Of a DNA stretch of 64,000 bases, positions 39,258 through 47,515 are shown piece after piece. Origin of the DNA: a virus. Taxonomy: Duplodnaviria; Caudoviricetes. The DNA is taken from the IMG/VR virus record IMGVR_UViG_3300025392_000002; one strand, given 5' to 3'. The notes beneath the pieces were generated by a model that ran no database searches, had not been told where the DNA came from, and was given only the letters and a program-made list of their open reading frames with translations. The first letter of the stretch is position 1. Every line of letters starts with the position of its first letter. A program made the translations under genes and the position numbers.

Positions 39258-39955
39258 TATGCTACCTCTTTCAAACGAATTACGAAACCGGAATAGTCCT
39301 TCTTAGCACGACCCTTGGCCTTGAGTCCAAGCATCACGCCCTTAGGGTCTAAGAAGCGCAAGTCTGTCTCATCAGCTGACGGAGTGCCTGCTGGGATCTC
39401 ATCATATACGGCTACGACTGACATACCTTGCATTAATGCTTCCGCTACATCCGAATCATTTCCGTCTGCCTTGCTGAATGTAAGGTGATAGTTCTTGTAC
39501 TTAGACACCTTACGACCGAGCACCTTAGTGTAGTCATAGAACTGTACATTAGGGAACAATTCAAAGATGTTCTTGTCGTTGATAGTGTACTTCTCCCAGC
39601 TCAAGTCGCTAGTACCATTCAAACGGAATACAGGGATCAAGCCACGCTTCTCAGCGAACTTGATAGCCTTAGTGATGTCTTCGTACAGATCCTGCATGAA
39701 GTAGTCACGGGCTTCAAAGAAGTACTTGGTCTTGCGGATGCGAGCCTTTTGGATCATATTGGTGTTCTCGCCCCGTTTGAACATACCGCCACGTCCGGCA
39801 GTGTTAAGGCAAGCGGCAGTACAGCCTGCGGTGCGCTTAGGGCAAGTCTCACGCCCTGACAAGTCTGCTGGTGCCAAATGTAGGATGAAAGACAGATAAC
39901 CCATCTTAGTACCTTTTTGGATCTTAGGGTTTGCTGTGGACAATAATTTAAACAT
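39257..39955 (-). CDS. GP88-like protein (Cys cluster, radical-SAM-related)
   Basis: CPKRTAGCTAACL, RLNGTSDL, FYDYTK, DETDLRFLD. Confidence 0.7.
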   Translation of the reverse strand: MFKLLSTANPKIQKGTKMGYLSFILHLAPADLSGRETCPKRTAGCTAACLNTAGRGGMFKRGENTNMIQKARIRKTKYFFEARDYFMQDLYEDITKAIKFAEKRGLIPVFRLNGTSDLSWEKYTINDKNIFELFPNVQFYDYTKVLGRKVSKYKNYHLTFSKADGNDSDVAEALMQGMSVVAVYDEIPAGTPSADETDLRFLDPKGVMLGLKAKGRAKKDYSGFVIRLKEVA

Positions 39956-40022
39956 AGTTTTCGCTCCTATTGTTTGCTGTTGATATGACTATTATACTGC
40001 CTTTTGGGTTGGGCGTCAACCA

Positions 40023-40253
40023 TTAATCCCAATCTTTCTTGCCGCCAAACTGTTCATTCCACTGGTAGCCTGCTAGGTAGGCTTGGATCTCACTGGGCGT
40101 CATTTGGCTTTGATCAATGCGCTCTGAAGTGCCAGTGCCTTCTGTATAGAAGTGAGGGTTGCGTGGACGATGATACCATGAATCTGCTGAGCCCCTATCA
40201 AAGGCTCCACCATGGCGGGTATCGTACTGCTCGCGGGTTAGTTCTTTAATCAT
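40023..40253 (-). CDS. Early hypothetical protein
   Basis: HGGAFDRGSADSWYHR...PH; coupled start with SD. Confidence 0.75.
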   Translation of the reverse strand: MIKELTREQYDTRHGGAFDRGSADSWYHRPRNPHFYTEGTGTSERIDQSQMTPSEIQAYLAGYQWNEQFGGKKDWD

Positions 40254-40582
40254 ACTGTCTCCTTAAGTGTCAATGTCTTAGCAGGATAAGTGATGGAACC
40301 TTCATACTCCAACTGTGACCGCTCAAATGGAGTCATGAAGCTATCCTCTACGATACCGTAGCCTACGATATACTGACGGCTACCAATGTCGTCCCACTCG
40401 ATCTGCTCACGGAGCACAAAGATCAACTCTTCGATGTGCTCTGCGCTAGGCTCCACTGAACCCAACTGATAGAAGAAGTCCTCACCACCTTTGAACTTCC
40501 AGTACTGTGGGCACTCACCTTGGCCGTCCCAATCATGGGCACCGTAGTTTTCCATGTATTGGGTAGTGATGTGTAGCTTCAT
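40250..40582 (-). CDS. Early hypothetical protein
   Basis: Own promoter and SD; TQYMENYGAHDW...YWKFKGG. Confidence 0.8.
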   Translation of the reverse strand: MKLHITTQYMENYGAHDWDGQGECPQYWKFKGGEDFFYQLGSVEPSAEHIEELIFVLREQIEWDDIGSRQYIVGYGIVEDSFMTPFERSQLEYEGSITYPAKTLTLKETV

Positions 40583-40649
40583 TAGGTTCGCTCCTTATTT
40601 GCTGTTGATGTTAGTATTATAGCAAGATTGGGCAGAGTTGTCAACACCT

Positions 40650-40723
40650 ATTTGCAAAATAGATCGGCCGAGTGGGCACCTAGATTACACGCCCAGCGAT
40701 GCCGTCCATCCCGTCGCCTTCGA
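40650..40723 (-). ncRNA. Candidate short hairpin RNA with GGGAUGGACG loop
   Basis: Consensus promoter 40730-58 with no SD-led ORF downstream; GC-rich stems. Confidence 0.4.
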
Positions 40724-40770
40724 ATCATAATTATACTGGATTGGGCGGGGATTGTCAAGTCGCCGAAACC

Positions 40771-40803
40771 AAAAAAAAACGACACATCTTTGGGACGTGT
40801 CGT
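40771..40803 (-). terminator. Rho-independent terminator
   Basis: ACGACACGTC-CCAAA-GATGTGTCGT plus U-tract on the minus strand. Confidence 0.8.
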
Positions 40804-40840
40804 CGTAGTCAACGTGTTGTATTTCTACAACACCTTTGTA

Positions 40841-41353
40841 TCAGTTTGCGCGGGCTAGTTCTTCAAATGAACTACACTCGTAGCCGTGAAACTTAACAAT
40901 ATGATCATAGGGTTTGTGATAACTGTATACTACTTTGCCCACGCCTGAACTAGGGTGAATGGTGATGTTGCGACTCCACATGCTCTTAGGCAAGAAATAG
41001 AATTTGAGTCCGTCTTTGTGGGGATTGTACACAGTACAGCGAAGGGCTCCTTCTTTACGACCACCGCCCGCTGTTTCAACTCCTGTAATTTCACCGCCAT
41101 AACTATTGCCACCGAGTTTAAGTGGATTAGCTCGTATGCTAGCAGTCTTAGAATCTGTGCCGTCGCTAAAGTCAGCATGATCGCCGTCGATGAAACGGTA
41201 TGGGCCCACTGCGGCAAGGCTTTCTTCAATTAGACGCTCTACATTAAAGATATCAGGGTGCTTGACACCGTACGCACGAAGATCCTTACTGGCCCGGAAT
41301 TCAGGATGATAAACACAGATTACATCTCTCATCAGTACTAGACTCTTTGACAT
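40841..41353 (-). CDS. Early hypothetical protein, possible PD-(D/E)XK nuclease
   Basis: VERLIEE...HADFSDGTDSKTAS; own promoter and SD. Confidence 0.6.
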   Translation of the reverse strand: MSKSLVLMRDVICVYHPEFRASKDLRAYGVKHPDIFNVERLIEESLAAVGPYRFIDGDHADFSDGTDSKTASIRANPLKLGGNSYGGEITGVETAGGGRKEGALRCTVYNPHKDGLKFYFLPKSMWSRNITIHPSSGVGKVVYSYHKPYDHIVKFHGYECSSFEELARAN

Positions 41354-41394
41354 GGTTCGCTCCTATGTGTTGTTTAAGTCTTAATTGTATAGCC

Positions 41395-41425
41395 AAAAAA
41401 TAACCCAGTCAACCGCTGGGTTATT
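41395..41425 (-). terminator. Terminator after the tRNA, overlapping the next -35 box
   Basis: AATAACCCAG-CGGTTGA-CTGGGTTATT-TTTT. Confidence 0.8.
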
Positions 41426-41428
41426 GAA

Positions 41429-41505
41429 TGGTGGGCCCACCTGGACTCGAACCAGGGACCAAAGGATTATGAGTCCTCTGCTCTAACCAACTGAGCTATA
41501 GGCCC
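41429..41505 (-). tRNA. tRNA with CAT anticodon, most likely tRNA-Ile2 (lysidine type)
   Basis: GGGCCTATAGCTCAGTTGGTTAGAGCAGAGGACTCATAATCCTTTGGTCCCTGGTTCGAGTCCAGGTGGGCCCACCA: full cloverleaf, encoded CCA, no initiator features. Confidence 0.92.
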
Positions 41506-41678
41506 TGATATCGTTTAACTTCTCTCAAGTCATCATCCTTGTCTTCCAGGATGTAGACTTCATCACAGAACTCTCGTTCGTTTTCTGCGATCTCTTCGGC
41601 TTCTCTAAGGGTGGGCACACACTCAATCAGCTCTTCATGCTGATCTCGTATGCCCCAGATCTCATACTGTAGAAACAT
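41496..41678 (-). CDS. Small acidic hypothetical protein
   Basis: 60 aa; stop codon lies inside the tRNA 5' end. Confidence 0.55.
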   Translation of the reverse strand: MFLQYEIWGIRDQHEELIECVPTLREAEEIAENEREFCDEVYILEDKDDDLREVKRYQGL

Positions 41679-41679
41679 C

Positions 41680-42027
41680 TTAGAAAGGAGCGTCTTCGTC
41701 CTCAGTTACCTTAGCAGTAGCTTTGACTGCTGGAGTCTTTGTTGCCTTGGTAGCAACAGGCTTGGAGACCTTAGCCTTAGGTGAGTTGTCTTCAATGTAT
41801 TCAGTGATGGTAGACTGCGCTACTGCATCAGCAAAATCTTCAAGACCTAGGATGATCTTAGCGGCATCCATCTTAGAGAAAGAACCTTCAAGATCTGCCA
41901 AACGGATGTCTTCATGGCCGCTCTTAGCGAGAACCTTGATACGCATCATATCGTTAGCAAAGCGAACTTTGTAGTCGCCATTGAGCTTGCTAATACCTGC
42001 AACTGTGAATAATTTATCTGTAGCCAT
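41680..42027 (-). CDS. Early hypothetical protein with Lys/Ala-rich tail
   Basis: Own promoter, SD GAGG; KVRFAND. Confidence 0.75.
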   Translation of the reverse strand: MATDKLFTVAGISKLNGDYKVRFANDMMRIKVLAKSGHEDIRLADLEGSFSKMDAAKIILGLEDFADAVAQSTITEYIEDNSPKAKVSKPVATKATKTPAVKATAKVTEDEDAPF

Positions 42028-42114
42028 TTGTTACCTCTATGTGTGTGTTAAAAAATATGTTATTGAGCCAATCTCTCTAACATGTTCAAATTATACAACT
42101 CTTTTGGTTAGTTG

Positions 42115-42378
42115 TCAACCATTTCTCTTCTGTTTTGGGCGAATTTTTGGTTGTTGCGTTTTCACAACATTCTTAAACTCCTTTTGAATATAGTATTCAA
42201 TCAAAGCTCTTTGAATCATAGTTACCAAATCAACTCCATGGTCCTCAGGACAGATAAAACGATACGGACTAGACTTCCAACTGCGTTCAGTAACGAACTT
42301 ATAATAGATCTGACGATGCTCTCGTAGACTAGGGTCAAACGCAACCAATGGCCTACTTAGGAATTCTAGTCTACTCAT
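42115..42378 (-). CDS. Early hypothetical protein
   Basis: ATGA-coupled start MSRLEF; RPLVAFDP...HRQ. Confidence 0.65.
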   Translation of the reverse strand: MSRLEFLSRPLVAFDPSLREHRQIYYKFVTERSWKSSPYRFICPEDHGVDLVTMIQRALIEYYIQKEFKNVVKTQQPKIRPKQKRNG

Positions 42379-42503
42379 TTGGCAAGAACCCACGCCCTCA
42401 CTACTTCTTCAAGGGCTGTAAATTTGTAGTCAACTGGCTTAGGGCGTACCTTAGCAGTCATCCTAGCATTATGCTCTAGGTTCTTTTCTTTATTGGTTTT
42501 CAT
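42375..42503 (-). CDS. 42-aa hypothetical protein
   Basis: Downstream of promoter 42533; MKTNKEK...AWVLAK. Confidence 0.55.
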   Translation of the reverse strand: MKTNKEKNLEHNARMTAKVRPKPVDYKFTALEEVVRAWVLAK

Positions 42504-42564
42504 TGCTGTTCCATTTGTTGTTGTTAAACCTAATTATACTGCCTTTTGGGTAGGCAGTCAACCA

Positions 42565-43137
42565 TTACTCTTCGGACTCTTCTTCGTATTCAGCAATGGA
42601 TTCGGAGATGCCCATGATCTCATCAAGATCTCTAGGCAGTTCTGTTTCTACCTGCTCCGATGTCATACCGCCCACTTCATAGTAGTCGTCACCATTCTCA
42701 TCATAGATACCAGCAAAGGCCATGCCACACTCATAGTAGAACGCCCTAAGGGTATAACCCTGCTCCATCAATGCTTCGTAGACTCCACAAGGAGGTGCCC
42801 AGGCTGAATCAAAGCCAAAGGTGATACCATTCTTGTCATGCTGGTCGTCATACTCTACCTTGTCGTAAGGATCCACATCCCACTTAGTTCCCCATTCGTT
42901 TACGCAGAAGTCATACCAGTTCTTGTAGCCATACTTCTCTTCGTTGATGACCTCTTGGGCCTCTAACTTCTTCTGATCGTCTGGATCACCAAGTTTGCCT
43001 GCTGTGATACCTAAATCTTCTGGAACAGGAATAGCAAAGTTACAGAACTTGCCTTCGTTAATGGCCTCAACCAAGGCATACATCTTGGCAGGGTCTTCGT
43101 GATTAATTTGAACTGTGTTATTGCACCAATTAGGCAT
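42565..43137 (-). CDS. DUF1281/YubB ferredoxin-like domain protein
   Basis: MPNWCNN, WYDFCVNEWGTKWD, FDSAWAPP, YYECGMAFAG. Confidence 0.75.
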   Translation of the reverse strand: MPNWCNNTVQINHEDPAKMYALVEAINEGKFCNFAIPVPEDLGITAGKLGDPDDQKKLEAQEVINEEKYGYKNWYDFCVNEWGTKWDVDPYDKVEYDDQHDKNGITFGFDSAWAPPCGVYEALMEQGYTLRAFYYECGMAFAGIYDENGDDYYEVGGMTSEQVETELPRDLDEIMGISESIAEYEEESEE

Positions 43138-43309
43138 TGTCGGCTCCTAGGTTAATTACTTGGGTTGTCTGATATTCGAAACTCTTAGTCTGGGGTCTAA
43201 CATCTCCCAAAGACAGGGCAAAGATGTCCTCTGCCTCGTCTTGATCCTCTGCTTCTACCACGCCTTCGTAGTAGACTTCTTCATAGGCTGTCACTTGGAA
43301 CTTGGGCAT
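43130..43309 (-). CDS. 59-aa acidic hypothetical protein
   Basis: MPKFQV...VEAEDQDEAED; SD GGGAG. Confidence 0.55.
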   Translation of the reverse strand: MPKFQVTAYEEVYYEGVVEAEDQDEAEDIFALSLGDVRPQTKSFEYQTTQVINLGADNA

Positions 43310-43310
43310 C

Positions 43311-43577
43311 TTAGACTCCCATTTCGTAAAAGGTTACTGAAGGATCAATGCTGAGCAATTCCTCAGCACAACGAGTAAGATTACGCATCTTGGAACGAAC
43401 CACTGACTGAGGCAGTTCGCCATCGCAGGTAAGGTTCTCTGGGCTCATCTCGCTGTCAATGTAGTTGGCAATAGCCTGGCGATCTGCACCGTTCAACAAG
43501 CTCAAAGGCTTTTGGTTGAATACGGCACGCCATTTGTTCTTGTTCTCTACATACTGCTCTAGTGTGCTAATGTTCAT
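43311..43577 (-). CDS. Early hypothetical protein
   Basis: MSPENLTCDGEL motif; own promoter and SD. Confidence 0.75.
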   Translation of the reverse strand: MNISTLEQYVENKNKWRAVFNQKPLSLLNGADRQAIANYIDSEMSPENLTCDGELPQSVVRSKMRNLTRCAEELLSIDPSVTFYEMGV

Positions 43578-43616
43578 AAAGTTCGCTCCTTATGTGTTGT
43601 TGAAGTAGTTATTATA

Positions 43617-43865
43617 CTAGATTTTACGGATCTTGTCAATAACCATGTTCGCTTCCTGGTTATTGCTTAGGGCTAGGTTAGCCTCTAGATCTAGCTCTTG
43701 GGAGCGTAAGAGTAGCTCACGACTGTAAGCGTCCATGAGCTCTTGGGCATAGATCTTGTCATCTTCGTCGGCCTGTGCAAACCAAGCCTTAAAGTCATCG
43801 CCCTTAGTGTTGAGCAAGAACTCTAGGTTGTCCCTGTCCCATTCGTTGGTGATTAGGCCTTTCAT
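43617..43865 (-). CDS. Early hypothetical protein
   Basis: DRDNLEFLL...W...DDKIYAQEL. Confidence 0.7.
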   Translation of the reverse strand: MKGLITNEWDRDNLEFLLNTKGDDFKAWFAQADEDDKIYAQELMDAYSRELLLRSQELDLEANLALSNNQEANMVIDKIRKI

Positions 43866-44005
43866 TCGTCGCGTCCTTTGTGTTTAGGGTTGCGTTTAAA
43901 TGCTTTCTTGTTTTCCACCCGCTTAGGTTTGAAGGGTGTATTCTCACAGAAGAGCACGAAATGTGCTCGGGTCTTCTGTGGTATTTTTACAACGATCTTC
44001 ATCAT
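43862..44005 (-). CDS. 47-aa basic hypothetical protein
   Basis: Own promoter and SD; PFKPKRVENKKAFKRNPKHK. Confidence 0.6.
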   Translation of the reverse strand: MMKIVVKIPQKTRAHFVLFCENTPFKPKRVENKKAFKRNPKHKGRDE

Positions 44006-44052
44006 GTGCTCCTGTCTGTATAAATGTATTATACAACCAAAAGCTCAAAATG

Positions 44053-44226
44053 TCAAGCGCCGTAATACGTTGTTTCGTCCTGCTCAATGCCGTTGAGTTG
44101 CATCCATGCGTAGACATACTCTACAGGCACATCTAGGGTCTTGGCAATGTTCTTTTCAGTCAAGCCCTCGATGTACAGTTGTTCAATATCATAGGCATAC
44201 ATATCTAGTTCAGCCATCTTACTCAT
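44053..44226 (-). CDS. Small HTH-like protein
   Basis: LYIEGLTEKNIAKTLDVPVEYV. Confidence 0.6.
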   Translation of the reverse strand: MSKMAELDMYAYDIEQLYIEGLTEKNIAKTLDVPVEYVYAWMQLNGIEQDETTYYGA

Positions 44227-44434
44227 CAAAGCTCTCCTCACCCATCTCTGTTACTTTCTCTTCCACAACGCCAAGGTCGACGATGCGGGCTGTTTGATCT
44301 GTATTGCTTACACCTTGGAAGGCTGTGCGGAATGACTGATTCTCTGCGAGGAAATCAAACACATCCTCACGAGCCCAGCTATCGGGTACCTCAAGCTCTT
44401 GTATCAATAGCGTTTCAACTCTAACTGTTTTCAT
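44219..44434 (-). CDS. Hypothetical protein
   Basis: SD AAGGAG before MKTVRV. Confidence 0.6.
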   Translation of the reverse strand: MKTVRVETLLIQELEVPDSWAREDVFDFLAENQSFRTAFQGVSNTDQTARIVDLGVVEEKVTEMGEESFDE

Positions 44435-44487
44435 ACCAGCTCCTTTAAGTTTAGCAAGGGCCTGAGCCCTCTTTGATTGAAACCCTG

Positions 44488-44979
44488 TCATTCTGCACAC
44501 TCTTTTGGATCGAGCTTGGCAATAGCTGGGGCAAGTTTCTTCCAACGCTCGCCGTTGCGCTTGTAGTGCCACTCGCCTACTGTGTAGTCGCTTGCCTTAG
44601 TATACTTGAAGACATAGTAGTAGTCGCTCCAAGTATAGTGATCGCAAGCCTTAGCAAGTGTATCAAACACTTTAAAGCCAACGTCTGCTTCGCCTCTGTC
44701 GCGTCCGTAAAATGTACAGGAGTCGCCGTGCTCTGCTTCGTAAGCCTCTTGCTCTTCCTTAGTCAAATCAAATGTGCTGAATGCGTGTTGTACACCAATC
44801 TCTTTGCGCAAGCTACTCAAGTCGCCCAGGGCAATCAAGTTGTTGACTTTAGGGCTTGCTGAATAGTGTTTCTGCAAGATAGCGCCGTTGTGTTCCAAGT
44901 ACCCATCCCAGTGGCAGTAGACTGCGCGAACTGTTTTGTTGTAAGGGTTTTGAATAGCAATCATTGAACGTGTACCCAT
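44488..44979 (-). CDS. Conserved phage early hypothetical protein
   Basis: MGTRS...VYCHWDGY...FYGRDRGE; own promoter and SD. Confidence 0.8.
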   Translation of the reverse strand: MGTRSMIAIQNPYNKTVRAVYCHWDGYLEHNGAILQKHYSASPKVNNLIALGDLSSLRKEIGVQHAFSTFDLTKEEQEAYEAEHGDSCTFYGRDRGEADVGFKVFDTLAKACDHYTWSDYYYVFKYTKASDYTVGEWHYKRNGERWKKLAPAIAKLDPKECAE

Positions 44980-45038
44980 TTGCTCAGCTCCTTGTGTGTT
45001 TGTGTATGTGTTTATTATAGCGCCTTTTGGGCACCCAG

Positions 45039-45257
45039 TCAACCTTCAAGCCAACAATCCCTGGCCAGCTCTGTGGTTATTGTTTCGCCGCCGATGTAGT
45101 CCCCATGGAACCCGCTTGGGCTAATACTTTCCAGGACTAGGGCCTTGCCTGTGTAGCTCTGCTTGATCTCTACAATCTTGCCCGATTGCTCAATGTCGCA
45201 TTTGAAATTGACAACATCTCCTACAGTGACCTCTTGTCCGTCTACCAGTGCTTTCAT
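45039..45257 (-). CDS. Hypothetical protein
   Basis: VGDVVNFKCDIEQSG. Confidence 0.65.
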   Translation of the reverse strand: MKALVDGQEVTVGDVVNFKCDIEQSGKIVEIKQSYTGKALVLESISPSGFHGDYIGGETITTELARDCWLEG

Positions 45258-45424
45258 TCTGCCTCCGCTGGTTCAAACATACGAGCACCCATGTCCATAA
45301 AGACGTCAAATGTCTTAAGGAAGTCCTCATCGTACTTGTGACGGTTAACTTTGATGGCAAACAGGCCTACTAGAAGGTCTCCATTGCCTACTTCTTTCGC
45401 TACTTTTACCAGATGATCAAACAT
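45254..45424 (-). CDS. 56-aa hypothetical protein
   Basis: Own promoter and AGGAGCGA SD. Confidence 0.65.
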   Translation of the reverse strand: MFDHLVKVAKEVGNGDLLVGLFAIKVNRHKYDEDFLKTFDVFMDMGARMFEPAEAE

Positions 45425-45489
45425 AAGTTTCGCTCCTTATTGTTACTGTTAAAAATATATTATACAACCAAAATCAGTTACTGTCAACC

Positions 45490-45815
45490 AGGGATGCTAC
45501 AAGGTAGCTTATCATCGTTTGACCCCAGCGACAGTAATTAGATTGGGCGGGCAGAGCGTGCTCCTCGTTTAATGTTCAGCCCACTGGCCAACACCCTGTA
45601 ACCGTACAGTTAGGGAAGAACTAAAGGGGCTCCGGACTAGGCGCTAGTACCGTCTACTAGATCGTCTGCCTTCGCTATTACTGCCTACTTACTATCGCCG
45701 CTTCTCCGAGCCTAAGCCCTGTTTCATGCCCCAGTTCAAGCGTATCCGTCGATACTGTCCTCTACCTGGGCGCCTAGCGATGTAGGTAACCTTTAATGCT
45801 TTCCTAACTGTCTAT
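45490..45815 (-). ncRNA. Unassigned structured RNA of about 325 nt
   Basis: Consensus promoter 45822-50, no SD-led ORF, at least six nested helices. Confidence 0.7.
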
Positions 45816-45854
45816 GTGCTTATTATAGCACATAGACCCTAACCTGTCAATAAC

Positions 45855-45926
45855 CTATTGTTTTGGACGGTCTTTACAAACTTCAAATCCCTTCCAGTGC
45901 CACTTTCTGCAATAGGTACATTCCAT
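45855..45926 (-). CDS. 23-aa Cys/His peptide
   Basis: MECTYCRKWHWKGFEVCKDRPKQ with own promoter and AAGGAG. Confidence 0.55.
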   Translation of the reverse strand: MECTYCRKWHWKGFEVCKDRPKQ

Positions 45927-45994
45927 TGTCTGCTCCTTTGTTGCTAAGTCTTTATTATAGCGCCAAACGAGCAGACTGTCAATAACCTTTCAAT

Positions 45995-46333
45995 TTACTC
46001 AACTTCTTCTTCATCCACTTCGTTCAAGTAGTCAAAGCATTCTTGTACACGACTTGACTCTGTGTTGAAGAATGTATAGTCTCCACAGACCATGCGTCCT
46101 TCACCCTCTTTGATGTACTCAAAGCCACCATAGTAGTCAATAGCACTGGGAGAGTTTTGGACAGCAATCACTTCCTCATCCCTATCAATGTACACAGGAC
46201 CACAGCGTACATCCAGACCCAACTCTGTAGGACTGCATCGTTCCATCTTGCGTACATGACGCTCCACAACCTCGTTGACTGCGTCAATCATGTCCAATGT
46301 GCTGTCAAAGTCTGTATCAGTAAAGTAACCCAT
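45995..46333 (-). CDS. Early hypothetical protein
   Basis: LGLDVRCG, DYYGGFEY; own promoter and SD. Confidence 0.75.
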   Translation of the reverse strand: MGYFTDTDFDSTLDMIDAVNEVVERHVRKMERCSPTELGLDVRCGPVYIDRDEEVIAVQNSPSAIDYYGGFEYIKEGEGRMVCGDYTFFNTESSRVQECFDYLNEVDEEEVE

Positions 46334-46389
46334 TTGGTTCGCTCCTTAATGTGTTTAAGTGTTAATTATAGCACCATCTAGCCAAACTG

Positions 46390-46599
46390 TCAACCGCAAA
46401 ACACTTCTTTAGACAAGATCCGGTCCTCAACCAGCTCGTGTGCCAAGTTAAGGGCCATAGTGGCTACGGTGATAGCAATAATGCGCTCTTGCCCATTAAA
46501 GCGTTGACAGTACTCCATCAGCTGGTCCAAGCTCTCTGGGGTTGCAAACAATCCGGTCTTTGGGATTGGGTTTTGAACAACGTCGTAAATGCCTGACAT
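46390..46599 (-). CDS. Early hypothetical protein
   Basis: Own promoter and SD; NPIPKTGLFATP. Confidence 0.7.
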   Translation of the reverse strand: MSGIYDVVQNPIPKTGLFATPESLDQLMEYCQRFNGQERIIAITVATMALNLAHELVEDRILSKEVFCG

Positions 46600-46656
46600 A
46601 AGTATCGCTCCTTTTGTTAGTTGATGTTAGTATTATAGCTGAATCTGGGTTACCTG

Positions 46657-46875
46657 TCAACCAAATGCCTTGAATAACCCTACTAGGCATATGGCTATTG
46701 AAACTGCATTTGTTACTAGTTGTGGAGTGTTGCGCACACGTATGCTCCACACCAAGTAACATGCCCCTCCAAGTACTCCAGCCACAATGTTCCAGGGGTA
46801 CTGGTTCATTGACATTAATGCGTACATGGCAAGGAAGCAGGCAGTGCCCGCCCACTGTATTATGCTATTAAACAT
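46657..46875 (-). CDS. Small 3-TM membrane protein
   Basis: IQWAGT...YPWNI...LVTN. Confidence 0.65.
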   Translation of the reverse strand: MFNSIIQWAGTACFLAMYALMSMNQYPWNIVAGVLGGACYLVWSIRVRNTPQLVTNAVSIAICLVGLFKAFG

Positions 46876-47254
46876 CAATGCACTCTCTCCAAACGGTGTA
46901 CAAGTGTGCTTCGTCCAAACGCTCAAGTCCTGCTAAAAACTTGGCACCCACGTCCAAGCTAACGTACTCGTCATCCTGCATACCCTGCTCGCTGTACTCC
47001 ACGTCCATAGCTTCTGCTTCTGTAAAGCCAATTGTCTGCAAGTACACACGTAATTGAGCTTTGAATAGCGGGTCTGTGTAAATTAATCCGTCTACTGTAC
47101 AGTCCCAGCTAGCAGGGCTAAAGTGTACGCACAGCTCGCCAAAGTCCTTCTCAACGTTGCAGTACTGCAAGCGCAGTCCAGTAATGTCTACACGGGCCTG
47201 CTTGCGTGACCAGTAGCCGGTACCGCTTGTTTGTAGTGTTGTAAAAACATTCAT
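46868..47254 (-). CDS. Early hypothetical protein
   Basis: GTGYWS, DGLIYTD, YSEQGMQ; own promoter and SD. Confidence 0.75.
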   Translation of the reverse strand: MNVFTTLQTSGTGYWSRKQARVDITGLRLQYCNVEKDFGELCVHFSPASWDCTVDGLIYTDPLFKAQLRVYLQTIGFTEAEAMDVEYSEQGMQDDEYVSLDVGAKFLAGLERLDEAHLYTVWRECIDV

Positions 47255-47285
47255 AAGTTTCGCTCCTTAAAAAACAATTATAACA

Positions 47286-47441
47286 TTAATCCACGTAGTA
47301 GTCAACCGTTTGCAATAGTGTGCTCATTGCGTTCTCTACCTCGTTAAAGCACTCCAGTTCCGCCAGTTGTGCCCCATCGCATGTTGCTTCTAACAGCATA
47401 GCTTCCACTTCCGCTAGTTTAACAAGTATTGCATCTTTCAT
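47286..47441 (-). CDS. 51-aa hypothetical protein
   Basis: Own promoter 47461 and AAGGAG. Confidence 0.6.
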   Translation of the reverse strand: MKDAILVKLAEVEAMLLEATCDGAQLAELECFNEVENAMSTLLQTVDYYVD

Positions 47442-47515
47442 TTGTGCTCCTTAAAAACTAATTATAGCACACTTTGAGAACTTTGTCAAAATGCGCTATG
47501 TATTAACCCTACAGC

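Noticed and set aside
45490-45815. Structured RNA as tmRNA, RNase P RNA or group I intron
   Set aside because: No tRNA-like ends or tag ORF, no GAGGAAAGUCC/P4 signature, no recognisable P7 core or interrupted gene.
37827-46855. Plus-strand and alternate-frame ORFs in the early array
   Set aside because: All promoters and SD sites point to the minus-strand frames annotated.
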